A stretch of 64,000 nt of DNA, taken from Armatimonadota bacterium. GTDB taxonomy: Bacteria; Armatimonadota; UBA5829; DSUL01. The stretch is taken from the NCBI GenBank assembly GCA_039811685.1, contig JBDHZC010000001.1:896001-960000 (forward strand), in the 5' to 3' direction. Below, piece by piece: positions 26,075 to 35,561 of the stretch (position 1 is its first letter; each line of letters opens with the position of its first letter). The notes beneath the pieces were generated by a model. That model saw nothing but the letters and a program-made list of their open reading frames with translations. It was not told the origin of the DNA and made no database searches. Position numbers and translations under genes: made by a program.

Positions 26075-27067
26075 ATGAGCTATGAACCAGTCGTAGAAGA
26101 CCGCGCGGACCGCTACCGGATCTCGGTGGCCGACTATGTGCACTATCAGAAGGAGGGATATCTGATCGTGCGCAATCTGGTTTCGCAAGAGGACATCGAG
26201 CGAATCCGCAATCACGCCATGGATATTTTGTTCGGGCGTGTTCTGCTCGACGGATTGGAGCCCCCTTCCCCGAATGCCACTCAGGAGGAGCTGATCCACA
26301 GGTTTTCGCGTGTGCATATGCTGCATCTTGTGGACAAGGTGAGTGAAGAAGCGCTCCTGCACCCGCGTGTGCTGGACGTGGTGGAGGCTCTCACCGGACC
26401 GGACGTGCTCGCGCTGCAGAGCATGCTCTTTTTCAATGCGCCGGGAATGGGCGGACAGGGCTGGCATCAGGACTCGTACTATATCACGACGTTCCCCGAC
26501 ACATTGATGGGCGCTTGGATAGCGCTTGACCGGGCGGACGAGGAAAATGGCTGTCTGTGGGTGGCGCCAGGCTCGCAAAACGAACCCGTATATCCTGACC
26601 ACGCGAGGAAAGCTGTCATTCATGCATCGGGTGTCTTTGCCGATCTGCCGTTCGTGGACCATACGAGCCACCTCGACGACGATATCAATGAGCTCGCGCC
26701 GATAGCGCGCAAGTGGCCAGAAAAGGCGCCTGCTGTCATGGAACCGGGCGATGTGCTGTTCTTCCCCGGGCAGGTTCTGCACCGATCCTACCCCAACAAA
26801 GCCAAGGAGCGCTGGCGACGCGCTTTTGTCAACCACTACTGTAATGCGCGCGCCTGGGTCCCGTGGAATCACGGAGCGCCGTTTGATGGAGAGGCTGCGA
26901 ACGACAGACACATCCTTGCGCGCGGAAAGACCCACTTGCCGTTTGCGACTCCGCGCTTCGGCACACCTTGCGCGGCCACTGCCCAGGCGCCGCACGCGCC
27001 AGTCTCCAGCCCTTCGCCGGAAGGACTGACGGCATCGGCGCCGGAGTTCGCTTGGAACAAGAAGTAG
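26075..27067 (+). CDS. Phytanoyl-CoA dioxygenase (PhyH) family Fe(II)/2OG oxygenase
   Basis: WHQD, AWIALD.ADEENGCL.V.PGS, PGDVLFF...LHRS..N...RR. Confidence 0.92.
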   Translation: MSYEPVVEDRADRYRISVADYVHYQKEGYLIVRNLVSQEDIERIRNHAMDILFGRVLLDGLEPPSPNATQEELIHRFSRVHMLHLVDKVSEEALLHPRVLDVVEALTGPDVLALQSMLFFNAPGMGGQGWHQDSYYITTFPDTLMGAWIALDRADEENGCLWVAPGSQNEPVYPDHARKAVIHASGVFADLPFVDHTSHLDDDINELAPIARKWPEKAPAVMEPGDVLFFPGQVLHRSYPNKAKERWRRAFVNHYCNARAWVPWNHGAPFDGEAANDRHILARGKTHLPFATPRFGTPCAATAQAPHAPVSSPSPEGLTASAPEFAWNKK

Positions 27068-27097
27068 AGGCGTCTGAAGCGTGTCGCAGAGCTTCGG

Positions 27098-29308
27098 CTA
27101 AGTGAGGATAGAGAGCAGAAGCGCGGCTACGTCGTCGTGCAACTTGCCTTCTGAGTAGCTGAGTATCTCGTCAGTGATGGCGGTGACTATCTGCCGAGCG
27201 TCCTCAAAGCGGTGCTCCAGCAGCAAAGCCTTCAGCCGCTCGACTCCAAAGAAGTCAACTCCGCAACGAGCCTCTGTGATGCCGTCTGTGTAGAAAAACA
27301 GCTTATGACCCGGGGCGAGTTCTATTCGCGACTGCTGATATACCGCCTCCGGGTCTACGCCGAGAACGGTGCCCGGGCGCTCGATTTCGAGAACTTCGTC
27401 GCGATCTGGAATCAACCAAAGTGGCGGCTCATGGCCGGCGTTCGCAAACACAAACTCCTGGATCTGTAAATCCAGCACTCCGTAGAACGCGGTAACGAAG
27501 CCTTCCTGCATCTCCCGGTTAATCACTCTGTTCAGGCGTGTCAGGACTGAGGCGGGAGATGAGTCTTCATACGCCAGCGCGCGCAGAGCGTTCTTGGCCG
27601 TGGCAGTGCGCACAGCCGCATTGACACCTTTTCCCGCAACGTCACCAATGACAATAGCCATCCGACCTTCAGAAGGCTCAAAAATATCATAAAAGTCTCC
27701 GCCAACAAACGCCTCCCGGAAAGCGGGCTTGTAGTATGGCTCAATTACGATGCCACCTGGATATTGTGGGTCGGTCGCCAGTAGTGCATGCTGGAGTGTT
27801 ACGGAGACTCGGTGCTCTTCCTGGTATCGCTCTTCCAGCTGCTGCTCTTCGCGCTTGCGATCGGTGATGTCCGTGAGGTAAACAGACAGCCCACCGCTGC
27901 CCGGATAGCAGCGCACCTCTAACCACTGCATGGTTTGATCGTTACAAAACTCCAGCGTAAACTGGCTCTTGCGTTCCATAGCTGTGCGCAGCATACGCTC
28001 CAGATTTGTGCCCAGAATTTCCGGGTAAACGTCCCACACCAGCCTTCCGAGCACGCCGTTTGCAGAGCCAGAGGCGATCTGCGCCGCGCGCTCATTAACG
28101 TAAACGATACGCCAGGTGCTGTCCACAGAGACAAAAGCGTCAGTGATGCTTTGAAGGATGCCGGCAATGCGCTCATTTGCTTCACGCACCGCCTGTTCGG
28201 AGCGCTTGAGACTTGCGGCGATCTGCTCGGCAAGTGCTTCGGCCTTGACCAGAGATCCCGTCAGATAGAAAAGCAAAATGCTGAGCGCCAACCCCACGAG
28301 CACAATCCCAGACTCACGGCCTGAGACCACGCCCGCATCGAAATCAGGCGTCGTTCTGAACTGAATCTGCCACACACTTCCGGCAACTTCCAGACTCTGT
28401 GTTGTCTGGAACAGAGGGCGATACTGAGGCTGTTTGAAGTGACGCCTCGTGGCAGAGTCGTAGAGCTCCAGTCTTTTGCCTGATTTGGACAGATCGTAAA
28501 CACTGATGTCCAAATCGCCAACAGTGCCCGCAGCAAGTGTCTGACTGAAGAAATCGTGACTTCGAAAGACGCTGTACACAAACCCAACCAGAGCTTTGCG
28601 TCTTTCCTGAACTGTCTTTAGCGTCTCAGCGGGCTTGTTGTAGAAAGGGACAAAGACCAGGAAACCCACCTGCCTTTTCCCCTGGATTGTCAACACCAGC
28701 ACAACACGTCCCGAAGCCACTGGCATCCCGGTGTCGCGCGCACGATTCATCGCGGATTGGCGAGTCGCCTCGGAAGCCATATCGTACCCGAGCGCGGCGT
28801 GGCTGTTCGCTGTCAGTGGAGAGAAGTAGATGATAGCTTGACGCTCAGGAGAAGCCTCTTTGGGCCAGACATGAAACCAACTCACTCCCTCCCGCTTCAT
28901 CTGCATCTCCAGCGCCGGAATGTCCGCACTGTGTACAAGCTTGCTGAATCCAATACCTTGAATCGCTTTGTAATGCTCTGGCAATTCGAGTGCTCCGACA
29001 AACTTGTCGAAGGCTGCGCGGTTCACATGCGTCTTGGTAGCCAGAAAGCCGTCCGTAGCGCGCAGCAGCGCAATGTGCGTGTCCACCGTGTTGGTGATGA
29101 GCGAACGCGCATCCTCGACGGCGTTATTGAACCGGATGCGAGCCCGGGTGCGGGTTGTAACAGACTCGTGCACCGCCACTGCACCTGTCACCAGGCACGA
29201 AATCAACAAGACAACATAAGGGACTAATGCGCGAATGCGAGGACCGCCGATGCGTCTCTGCAATTCGGACGGGTTACGAACAGTGGTTGTAGAGGTGGTC
29301 AAGAGCAA
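27098..29308 (-). CDS. Membrane sensor phosphatase: CHASE + PAS + SpoIIE/PP2C
   Basis: TM-CHASE (ALGYDM.SE..R..AM.RARDTG)-TM, PAS (SITDAF...YVN...DITDRK), PP2C (VGGDFYD, GDVAGKG, NAGH, YTDGITE, HDDVA). Confidence 0.92.
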   Translation of the reverse strand: MLLTTSTTTVRNPSELQRRIGGPRIRALVPYVVLLISCLVTGAVAVHESVTTRTRARIRFNNAVEDARSLITNTVDTHIALLRATDGFLATKTHVNRAAFDKFVGALELPEHYKAIQGIGFSKLVHSADIPALEMQMKREGVSWFHVWPKEASPERQAIIYFSPLTANSHAALGYDMASEATRQSAMNRARDTGMPVASGRVVLVLTIQGKRQVGFLVFVPFYNKPAETLKTVQERRKALVGFVYSVFRSHDFFSQTLAAGTVGDLDISVYDLSKSGKRLELYDSATRRHFKQPQYRPLFQTTQSLEVAGSVWQIQFRTTPDFDAGVVSGRESGIVLVGLALSILLFYLTGSLVKAEALAEQIAASLKRSEQAVREANERIAGILQSITDAFVSVDSTWRIVYVNERAAQIASGSANGVLGRLVWDVYPEILGTNLERMLRTAMERKSQFTLEFCNDQTMQWLEVRCYPGSGGLSVYLTDITDRKREEQQLEERYQEEHRVSVTLQHALLATDPQYPGGIVIEPYYKPAFREAFVGGDFYDIFEPSEGRMAIVIGDVAGKGVNAAVRTATAKNALRALAYEDSSPASVLTRLNRVINREMQEGFVTAFYGVLDLQIQEFVFANAGHEPPLWLIPDRDEVLEIERPGTVLGVDPEAVYQQSRIELAPGHKLFFYTDGITEARCGVDFFGVERLKALLLEHRFEDARQIVTAITDEILSYSEGKLHDDVAALLLSILT

Positions 29309-29456
29309 TTAGAATCTTGTTTGACGAATGCTCGGTCAGCCGCACACCCTCTCGGCGACAACTGCTTTCTGCCCAGCCAAAACGGACAGACCCCACCCGG
29401 ATCAAGGCGATTATACAGGAGCGCTCACAAATGTATCAAGCCACAACACAAAATAT

Positions 29457-30533
29457 TCACACAGCGAGCTCCGTAAGACTCTTCTGTGAAACAGTGAGAA
29501 CTTCGGCCCCACACCTGCCCACCAGAACGTCATCTTCAATGCGCACCCCACCCCAGCCTTCGATGTAGATGCCAGGCTCAACAGTGACGACCATGCCTTC
29601 AAGAAGCACGATGTCGCTTTTCGGGCTGAGCGCAGGTCCGTCGTGGACACTCAAGCCGAGCTGGTGGCCGAGTCCGTGGCCAAAACTGTTTCCGTATCCT
29701 GCATCCGTAATAATCTTGCGCGCAACTTCATCAACGTCTTTTCCCGGAACTCCCGGCCTGATGGCAGCAATGGCGGCCATCTGAGCGTCCAGAACCGTCT
29801 GGTACACCTTGCGAAACTCATCCGTTGCCGAACCCAAAAACAGCGTGCGGGTAATGTCGCCAGCGTAGCCCTGGTACTGCGCTCCGAAGTCCAGCAGAAC
29901 CGGCTCTCCCGCAGCCAGAATGCGGTCTGTCGGATGCGCATGAGGCAGTGCCGAGCGCGGACCGGACGCGACGATAGAGTCGAAGCTCTCTTTTTCTGCT
30001 CCGAGTCCGGTGAGGATGTATACGAGCTCCCGGAGAATATCCAGCTCTTTTGTCCCCGGTTTCAGAAACGGCTGTATGGCAGAAAAGGCGGCGTCAGTGA
30101 TCTCACAGGCTTTTCTCAGGCGCTCGATCTCTTCTGTGTCCTTCACAGCGCGAAGCGGACTCAGAGCCTGCGCCAGCCCGACCAGACGGACGTCAGCAGC
30201 CCCATCCTCAAGCTGTCTGTACTCCTCAACAGTGACGACAGTTGATTCAAAACCCACCGCCTCGCAACCCAGCGTACTGACCTTTTCTGCGACCTGTTTG
30301 ATGGGAGGTTCGCTGGAGATATGGACTACAGCCCCCGGAGCTTCCTGTGAAGCCTGTATAGTGTAGCGGCTGTCGGTAAAGAGATGTACAGAATCGCACG
30401 TCAGAAGCGCCACGCCGCTCGATCCGGTGAAACCGGTCAGCCAGCGGATATTCTGCCGATCCGAGACAATGAATCCCTGAAGCTCGTTTTCAGTCAGCTT
30501 TTCTCTGGCGAGCTCGACTCGCGGCGAGATCAA
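29457..30533 (-). CDS. Xaa-Pro aminopeptidase (M24B)
   Basis: [21 protein letters not shown]...DITRT, HGLGH, TVEPGIY, GVRIEDD. Confidence 0.95.
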   Translation of the reverse strand: MISPRVELAREKLTENELQGFIVSDRQNIRWLTGFTGSSGVALLTCDSVHLFTDSRYTIQASQEAPGAVVHISSEPPIKQVAEKVSTLGCEAVGFESTVVTVEEYRQLEDGAADVRLVGLAQALSPLRAVKDTEEIERLRKACEITDAAFSAIQPFLKPGTKELDILRELVYILTGLGAEKESFDSIVASGPRSALPHAHPTDRILAAGEPVLLDFGAQYQGYAGDITRTLFLGSATDEFRKVYQTVLDAQMAAIAAIRPGVPGKDVDEVARKIITDAGYGNSFGHGLGHQLGLSVHDGPALSPKSDIVLLEGMVVTVEPGIYIEGWGGVRIEDDVLVGRCGAEVLTVSQKSLTELAV

Positions 30534-31195
30534 GCGCTTCTCCTGATCAACTTCACCACAGCGTGCAATGCGAGAATGTAGCTGTCCGCCCCGAATCCCG
30601 AGATGATACCACTTGCAGCAGCTGCGGTTATGGATTTTGATCGGAATTCTTCGCGGGAATGAATGTTCGAAAGGTGCACTTCTACGACTGGAACATCCAC
30701 AGCAGCCAGTGCGTCCCGGATTGGCACACTGGTGTGCGTATAGCCGCCCGGATTGATAATGAGGCCGTCTATGCCGTCCTGAACGGAATGAATCGCTGTG
30801 ATGATGTCGCCTTCGCTGTTTGACTGCATAATGCGCAACCCGCAGCCGAGCGTAGCCGCTTCCTGCCGCATAGCGCTGTTGATATCTTCGAGAGTCTCTC
30901 TGCCGTACACTTCCGGCTCACGCATGCCCAGGAGATTGAGATTTGGGCCATGGACGACGAGAACGCGCAGGGAATCCTGTGCGCTGACTTCGGGCTGCTC
31001 CTGCTCTTCCGGCCCCTGCTTAAGACTGACAGACTCACGCCCAAACTCATGCGGGAGGAGGTTTGGAATGTCTCCGGACACCGGATATTCGCGGCCGCAC
31101 TCCATACACACCAACGCGTCTTTGCAGACCTGCAATCGCGGGCGGCTTTCGCAGGCCGGACAGCACAACAACCCGGCAAGCTCCTTAAGATTCAT
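30530..31195 (-). CDS. aroQ: Type II 3-dehydroquinate dehydratase with N-terminal Trm112-like Zn-binding domain
   Basis: C-terminal [46 protein letters not shown]-terminal L.CPAC...LVC.EC.R.YPV...IP.LL. Confidence 0.93.
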   Translation of the reverse strand: MNLKELAGLLCCPACESRPRLQVCKDALVCMECGREYPVSGDIPNLLPHEFGRESVSLKQGPEEQEQPEVSAQDSLRVLVVHGPNLNLLGMREPEVYGRETLEDINSAMRQEAATLGCGLRIMQSNSEGDIITAIHSVQDGIDGLIINPGGYTHTSVPIRDALAAVDVPVVEVHLSNIHSREEFRSKSITAAAASGIISGFGADSYILALHAVVKLIRRSA

Positions 31196-31244
31196 CAGAT
31201 GATTCGCTCCTCACCCATTCTCACAAGGCCGATGTTTCCACCTG

Positions 31245-31976
31245 TTACGCTGTGGCACTCAGGTATTCCTTTACCACGGCCTCAGGATCGCCGTCCGCGC
31301 GCAATGCCCCTTCGTGAAGCCAGATGGCTCTTCCGGAGACACGCCGCACAGTATCGAGATCGTGCGAGACAAAGACAATCGTGCGTCCCGATTCTTGAAA
31401 CCGCTGAATCTCGCGCAGGCACTTGGCCTGGAACGCCTGATCACCGACCGCCAACACCTCATCAATCAGAAGAATCTGCGGATCAGTAAACACAGCCACA
31501 GCAAAACCCAGACGCATAGTCATTCCAGCGGAATATGAACGCAGCGGCGCGTCACGGAACTTTTCCAGCTCCGCAAAGTGAATGATATCGTCCAGCGATT
31601 TTCGCACATCCCGCTCCCGCATGCCAAGAATGACGCCATTCAGCAGGACGTTTTGCTCACCGGTCAGGTCCGGGTGGAACCCCGCGCCCAGCTCGAGCAG
31701 CGCGGCGACTCTACCGTGGATTTCAATATGTCCCGCTGTCGGCAGATATATTCGGCCAATCAACCCAAGCAGCGTGCTCTTGCCGGAGCCGTTGCGCCCC
31801 ACTACCGCCAGCGTCTGACCTCTCGGCACTTCCAGAGACAGGCTCTTCAGCGCCCAGAGGTCTTCAAATCTTCTCTTCCAAAAAGAAGCCACCGCGCCTT
31901 TAAGCGTTGCCACAGGATGGTGCGCCAGCCTGAAGCGTTTGCTGACATCCTGAAGCTGAATCGCCGCGTCAGACAT
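31245..31976 (-). CDS. wzt: Polysaccharide-export ABC transporter ATPase (Wzt/TagH-like, no C-terminal carbohydrate-binding domain)
   Basis: GRNGSGKST, ELGAGFHPDLTG, YSAGM..RLGF, IDEVLAVGD, VSHD. Confidence 0.9.
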   Translation of the reverse strand: MSDAAIQLQDVSKRFRLAHHPVATLKGAVASFWKRRFEDLWALKSLSLEVPRGQTLAVVGRNGSGKSTLLGLIGRIYLPTAGHIEIHGRVAALLELGAGFHPDLTGEQNVLLNGVILGMRERDVRKSLDDIIHFAELEKFRDAPLRSYSAGMTMRLGFAVAVFTDPQILLIDEVLAVGDQAFQAKCLREIQRFQESGRTIVFVSHDLDTVRRVSGRAIWLHEGALRADGDPEAVVKEYLSATA

Positions 31977-31977
31977 C

Positions 31978-32805
31978 TCAGGGCCTCTCCGCAAACTGCC
32001 ACTTCTTGGCGTTGAAGAAAGCGTAGCCAGCAATCAAAACGGCAACTGACAGGACAACCGAGATAACAATGTAGCGCGGTTCTATGGGAAGGTCGTTCAG
32101 ATTCTTGGCGTGAAACGGCGGAAGCAATAGCTGACGGTAGCCCTCAATAAAAATCGCCATAGGGTTCCAGTGATAAACCTCCCAGATGATCGGCTGCCAG
32201 TGCTGGGGAATCATCTTATTGCGAATCTGCTCTGTCACATAGAGCACAGGACACATGTAGAAAAACAGACTTGTTGAGACTCCAACCAGATAGGTCATAT
32301 CTTCGTAGAAGACTGACAACGCCGAAACGAAGAAGGCCAGTCCCATAACAAACGCCAGGTTTGCGAGAATCACTACGGGCAGGAGTAGCCAGCCCGCCTG
32401 GATGGAAACGCCAAGCCACAGCAAATAGACAAAGAAGACGCCAAAAGCCAGCAACAGATGAATCAAGTTCGCAAAGACAGAGGCAATGGCAAGAGCTTCC
32501 CGCGGAAAATAGACTTTTCGGAGCAGATCGTACTGGCGCGCTACGCTTTCACCAGCGTCTGAGAGCGACATCTGAAAGAACATCCAGGGCAGAAACGCGC
32601 ACAGGACATAGGCGGAATAGTTAGGAATGCCGATCTGCAGGACATATTTGTAAATGATTGTGATTGTGGCGACCTGTACGAGGGGGTTAGCAAGTGACCA
32701 GAAGAACCCGAGAACGCTGTTTTTGTACCGTACGGTGAGGTCCCGCATCACCAGCGAGCGCACCAGATCGCGATATCTCCACAATTCCCGAAGGTCTTCC
32801 AGCAT
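31978..32805 (-). CDS. wzm: Polysaccharide-export ABC transporter permease (Wzm/TagG-like)
   Basis: RDL.VRYKNSVLGFFWSL.NP, KVYFPRE, NPM...IEGYR. Confidence 0.9.
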   Translation of the reverse strand: MLEDLRELWRYRDLVRSLVMRDLTVRYKNSVLGFFWSLANPLVQVATITIIYKYVLQIGIPNYSAYVLCAFLPWMFFQMSLSDAGESVARQYDLLRKVYFPREALAIASVFANLIHLLLAFGVFFVYLLWLGVSIQAGWLLLPVVILANLAFVMGLAFFVSALSVFYEDMTYLVGVSTSLFFYMCPVLYVTEQIRNKMIPQHWQPIIWEVYHWNPMAIFIEGYRQLLLPPFHAKNLNDLPIEPRYIVISVVLSVAVLIAGYAFFNAKKWQFAERP

Positions 32806-32858
32806 CTTGGGATGCAGAATACCAGATTTTGGATGCGCTAAGCCAGAGACCCGGCTGC

Positions 32859-34046
32859 TTACGCCTGCGCAACCGGCTGCGGAACCCCCAAAGCGCGCAG
32901 ATGCTTGATGACATCTATCACACGGGCCCCAACGTACTCCACTTCTTCATCCGTGTTGAAGCGACCGAGCCCGAATCTGACGGAGGAGAAAGCCAGCTCA
33001 TCGTCCAGACCGATAGCTGTCAAAACGTGTGACGGTTCGCGGACAGTGGAGCTGCAGGCAGCGCCGGTGGATATGGCGATATCCCTCAGACCCATCAACA
33101 GAGACTCCCCCTCAACGCCCGCAAAGGCGATGTTCAGGTTGCCGGGCAGACGGTTCACCGCGTGTCCGTTCAGGCGCACATCGTCCAGCCCGGCCTGGAT
33201 CAGGCTTCGGAGGCGCTCACGCATTGTCAGCAACCTCTGCGCCTCCTCACCCATACTCTCATGAGCAAGGCGCGCGGCGGCAGCAAAACCCACTATGGCC
33301 GGCACGTTCAGCGTACCGGAACGCAGCGAGCGCTCCTGTCCGCCGCCATCCATCTGCGGCGTCAGACGAACAGCTTTCAATCCGCCCGGGCGCCTTCGGC
33401 GGACAAACAGCGCGGCCGCGCCCCGCGGTCCATAGATCTTGTGCGACGTGATGGACGCCAGGTCCACGTTCAAGGCTTCAACATCGAGAGGTATCTTTCC
33501 GAATGCCTGCGCCGCATCCGTGTGAAAGAGGACCCCGTGCTCCCGGCAGATCGCGCCGATCTCCGCGACAGGCTGCAGAACGCCAATTTCGTTGTTGGCC
33601 ATCATCACGCTGACGAGAACTGTGCTGTCGCGCAAAGCCTCCTCCACCTGCTCCGGAGCGACCAGCCCATCTTCATCCACGGGAAGGACGGTTATCTCGA
33701 AGCCCTGGTCGCCCATCCGCCGCACAGGATCGAGAACGGCAGCGTGCTCCGTGGCTACCGTAACGATGTGATTGCCTTTGCTTCGCAGGGCGTCCGTGAC
33801 ACCTTTGACGGCCAGGTTGTCGGACTCAGTAGCGCCGCTTGTAAACACGATCTCGCTGGGACTGGCGTTGATGAGAGCAGCAATCTCACTGCGGGCCGCC
33901 TCAACGGCCTCTTCTGCCACCCACCCGAAGGAGTGATTGCTGGCGGCGTTGCCAAAATGCTGTGTGAAGTACGGGATCATCGCCTCCAAGACACTCGGGT
34001 CAAGTGGCGTCGTGGCGTGATTGTCCATGTAGATAGGTAGATTCAT
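32859..34046 (-). CDS. iscS: Cysteine desulfurase (IscS/NifS class I)
   Basis: YMDNHATTP, FTSGATES, HTDAAQ, SHKIYGP (PLP Lys), RSGTLN, STGAACSS. Confidence 0.93.
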   Translation of the reverse strand: MNLPIYMDNHATTPLDPSVLEAMIPYFTQHFGNAASNHSFGWVAEEAVEAARSEIAALINASPSEIVFTSGATESDNLAVKGVTDALRSKGNHIVTVATEHAAVLDPVRRMGDQGFEITVLPVDEDGLVAPEQVEEALRDSTVLVSVMMANNEIGVLQPVAEIGAICREHGVLFHTDAAQAFGKIPLDVEALNVDLASITSHKIYGPRGAAALFVRRRRPGGLKAVRLTPQMDGGGQERSLRSGTLNVPAIVGFAAAARLAHESMGEEAQRLLTMRERLRSLIQAGLDDVRLNGHAVNRLPGNLNIAFAGVEGESLLMGLRDIAISTGAACSSTVREPSHVLTAIGLDDELAFSSVRFGLGRFNTDEEVEYVGARVIDVIKHLRALGVPQPVAQA

Positions 34047-34073
34047 AAGAGTGTCATCTGCGTGCGCAAGGAG

Positions 34074-35561
34074 CTACTCACGGAACACATCATAGAGCGC
34101 CAGACCATACAACGCTGAGTTAGCTCCCAGGTGCTCCCACGCGCCGGTGAAACCGCGAAGCGCATTGAGGGCAAGCTCTTCCCACCTGGGTTCCCCGGTC
34201 GTCCTGGCCAAGCGGCCAAAGAATGACGCGAGCAGCATGTTGTCTTCATAGGATTTGTCGCGAGCGCGGAGCAATCCCAGCCCCAGAGGGTCCACTGCAT
34301 CATAGTACCCCGGCCCGCGCGGATCGTGAAACGTCTGGTGGATCAGCGAAGCCAACTCTTGCGCCTGGCTCAGCAAGGCCCCCTCAGCAGTCGCCGAAGC
34401 GAGATCAAGAAGAGTGAGTCCGAGCTCGCACTGGTCAACAAGCAGACCTTGCACCTGTGGCTGTGTGTCACAGTAGCGGTACGCCAGGCCGTTTTCAGGC
34501 CATAGAATCTCTGTAACTCTATTGTAGAGACGCAGCGCCCGTTCAGTTTGTGACTCATCCTGCAAATCTTCAGCGACTCTGAGCAACGCGCGCACCATCT
34601 GGCAGCTAGACTCAAGAAAAATCGTCTGGTCTGAAGGGGGTGGCTGTTGTCTGTCGCGCTCGGAGCGTCCGAGGCTGTAGTAGGCCGCATCCGCGACTTG
34701 AGCATTGGCAAAGAGGCCACGGCCAGGATCAAAAAGCATTCTCTCGCAGTAATCCAGGACGCCTTCAACAGCTTCCCGGTAATCCAACTCACCCGTGAGA
34801 GCGTGCGCCTGAGAATAGCATATTATGTGCCGAGCCTGATCAGACAACAGCTTTTCGTAGCGAGGGCTGGACCAGTCCGCTTCATCAGAACTCCGAAAGA
34901 AACCGCCGTCCTCCCAGTCGTACAGTCCGCTTTGCAGCATGCCGTCCAGGGCATCCGTCGCCAGGCTCAGCAGGTCAGATTCCGGGGCCTGTCCAGCGAC
35001 CTTCAGCAGCAACTCGATAGCGGAAAAGTGGGGAAACTTCGGCGCCTCCCCGAAGCCTCCGAAATCCCGATCAGCGCTCGCCTGGAGGCATTCCAGCACT
35101 TTCGACGTCATCCATGGACTCGGCTGGCGGGTGGAATCCTGACGGCTGGCCAGAGCGGCTTCACGGGCATGCTCTGTCTCTGAAGCTCTCAACTCCAACT
35201 CGGAGCGTTTGGTTTGGTACAGATGCTGCACCCCATCCAGCGCGTTCAGCAGCGCTTCGGGCGGTAAGAATGTCGATCCGGTGATAAGCTGCGCCTGCGG
35301 CGTCAGAAAGGCGACTGTCGGCCACCCTCCCATGCGAAATCTGCGATCAATGTCGGGACGACGCGTGGCATCCACACGCACCGGAACAAAGCTGCTTTCA
35401 ATGCGCTCTGCAATGCTCGGATCCTGCCAGGAAGTCTGCTCCATCAGGCGGCACAGTCCGCACCAGAACTGCTCCAGAAACAGCAGCACAGGACGGTCGT
35501 GTTCGTCCGCGAGTGAAAGAACATCCCGTGACCAATCGTTCCATTGTACCAGGTCTGTCAG
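34074..35561 (-). CDS. YyaL/DUF255-like thioredoxin-domain protein with (alpha/alpha)6 barrel
   Basis: WCGLC..ME, RPDID.R..MGGWP...FLTP, GGFG.APKFP, GGFFR, PRYEKLL.DQ; probable CTG start at 35561 behind GGAGG. Confidence 0.85.
   Translation of the reverse strand: MTDLVQWNDWSRDVLSLADEHDRPVLLFLEQFWCGLCRLMEQTSWQDPSIAERIESSFVPVRVDATRRPDIDRRFRMGGWPTVAFLTPQAQLITGSTFLPPEALLNALDGVQHLYQTKRSELELRASETEHAREAALASRQDSTRQPSPWMTSKVLECLQASADRDFGGFGEAPKFPHFSAIELLLKVAGQAPESDLLSLATDALDGMLQSGLYDWEDGGFFRSSDEADWSSPRYEKLLSDQARHIICYSQAHALTGELDYREAVEGVLDYCERMLFDPGRGLFANAQVADAAYYSLGRSERDRQQPPPSDQTIFLESSCQMVRALLRVAEDLQDESQTERALRLYNRVTEILWPENGLAYRYCDTQPQVQGLLVDQCELGLTLLDLASATAEGALLSQAQELASLIHQTFHDPRGPGYYDAVDPLGLGLLRARDKSYEDNMLLASFFGRLARTTGEPRWEELALNALRGFTGAWEHLGANSALYGLALYDVFRE

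Noticed and set aside
33162..34040. Long antisense or alternate-frame ORFs (e.g. 33162-34040, 26054-26995, 11192-11986, 47251-48015)
   Set aside because: They are shadow ORFs opposite well-supported genes in GC-rich DNA and have no recognisable motifs.
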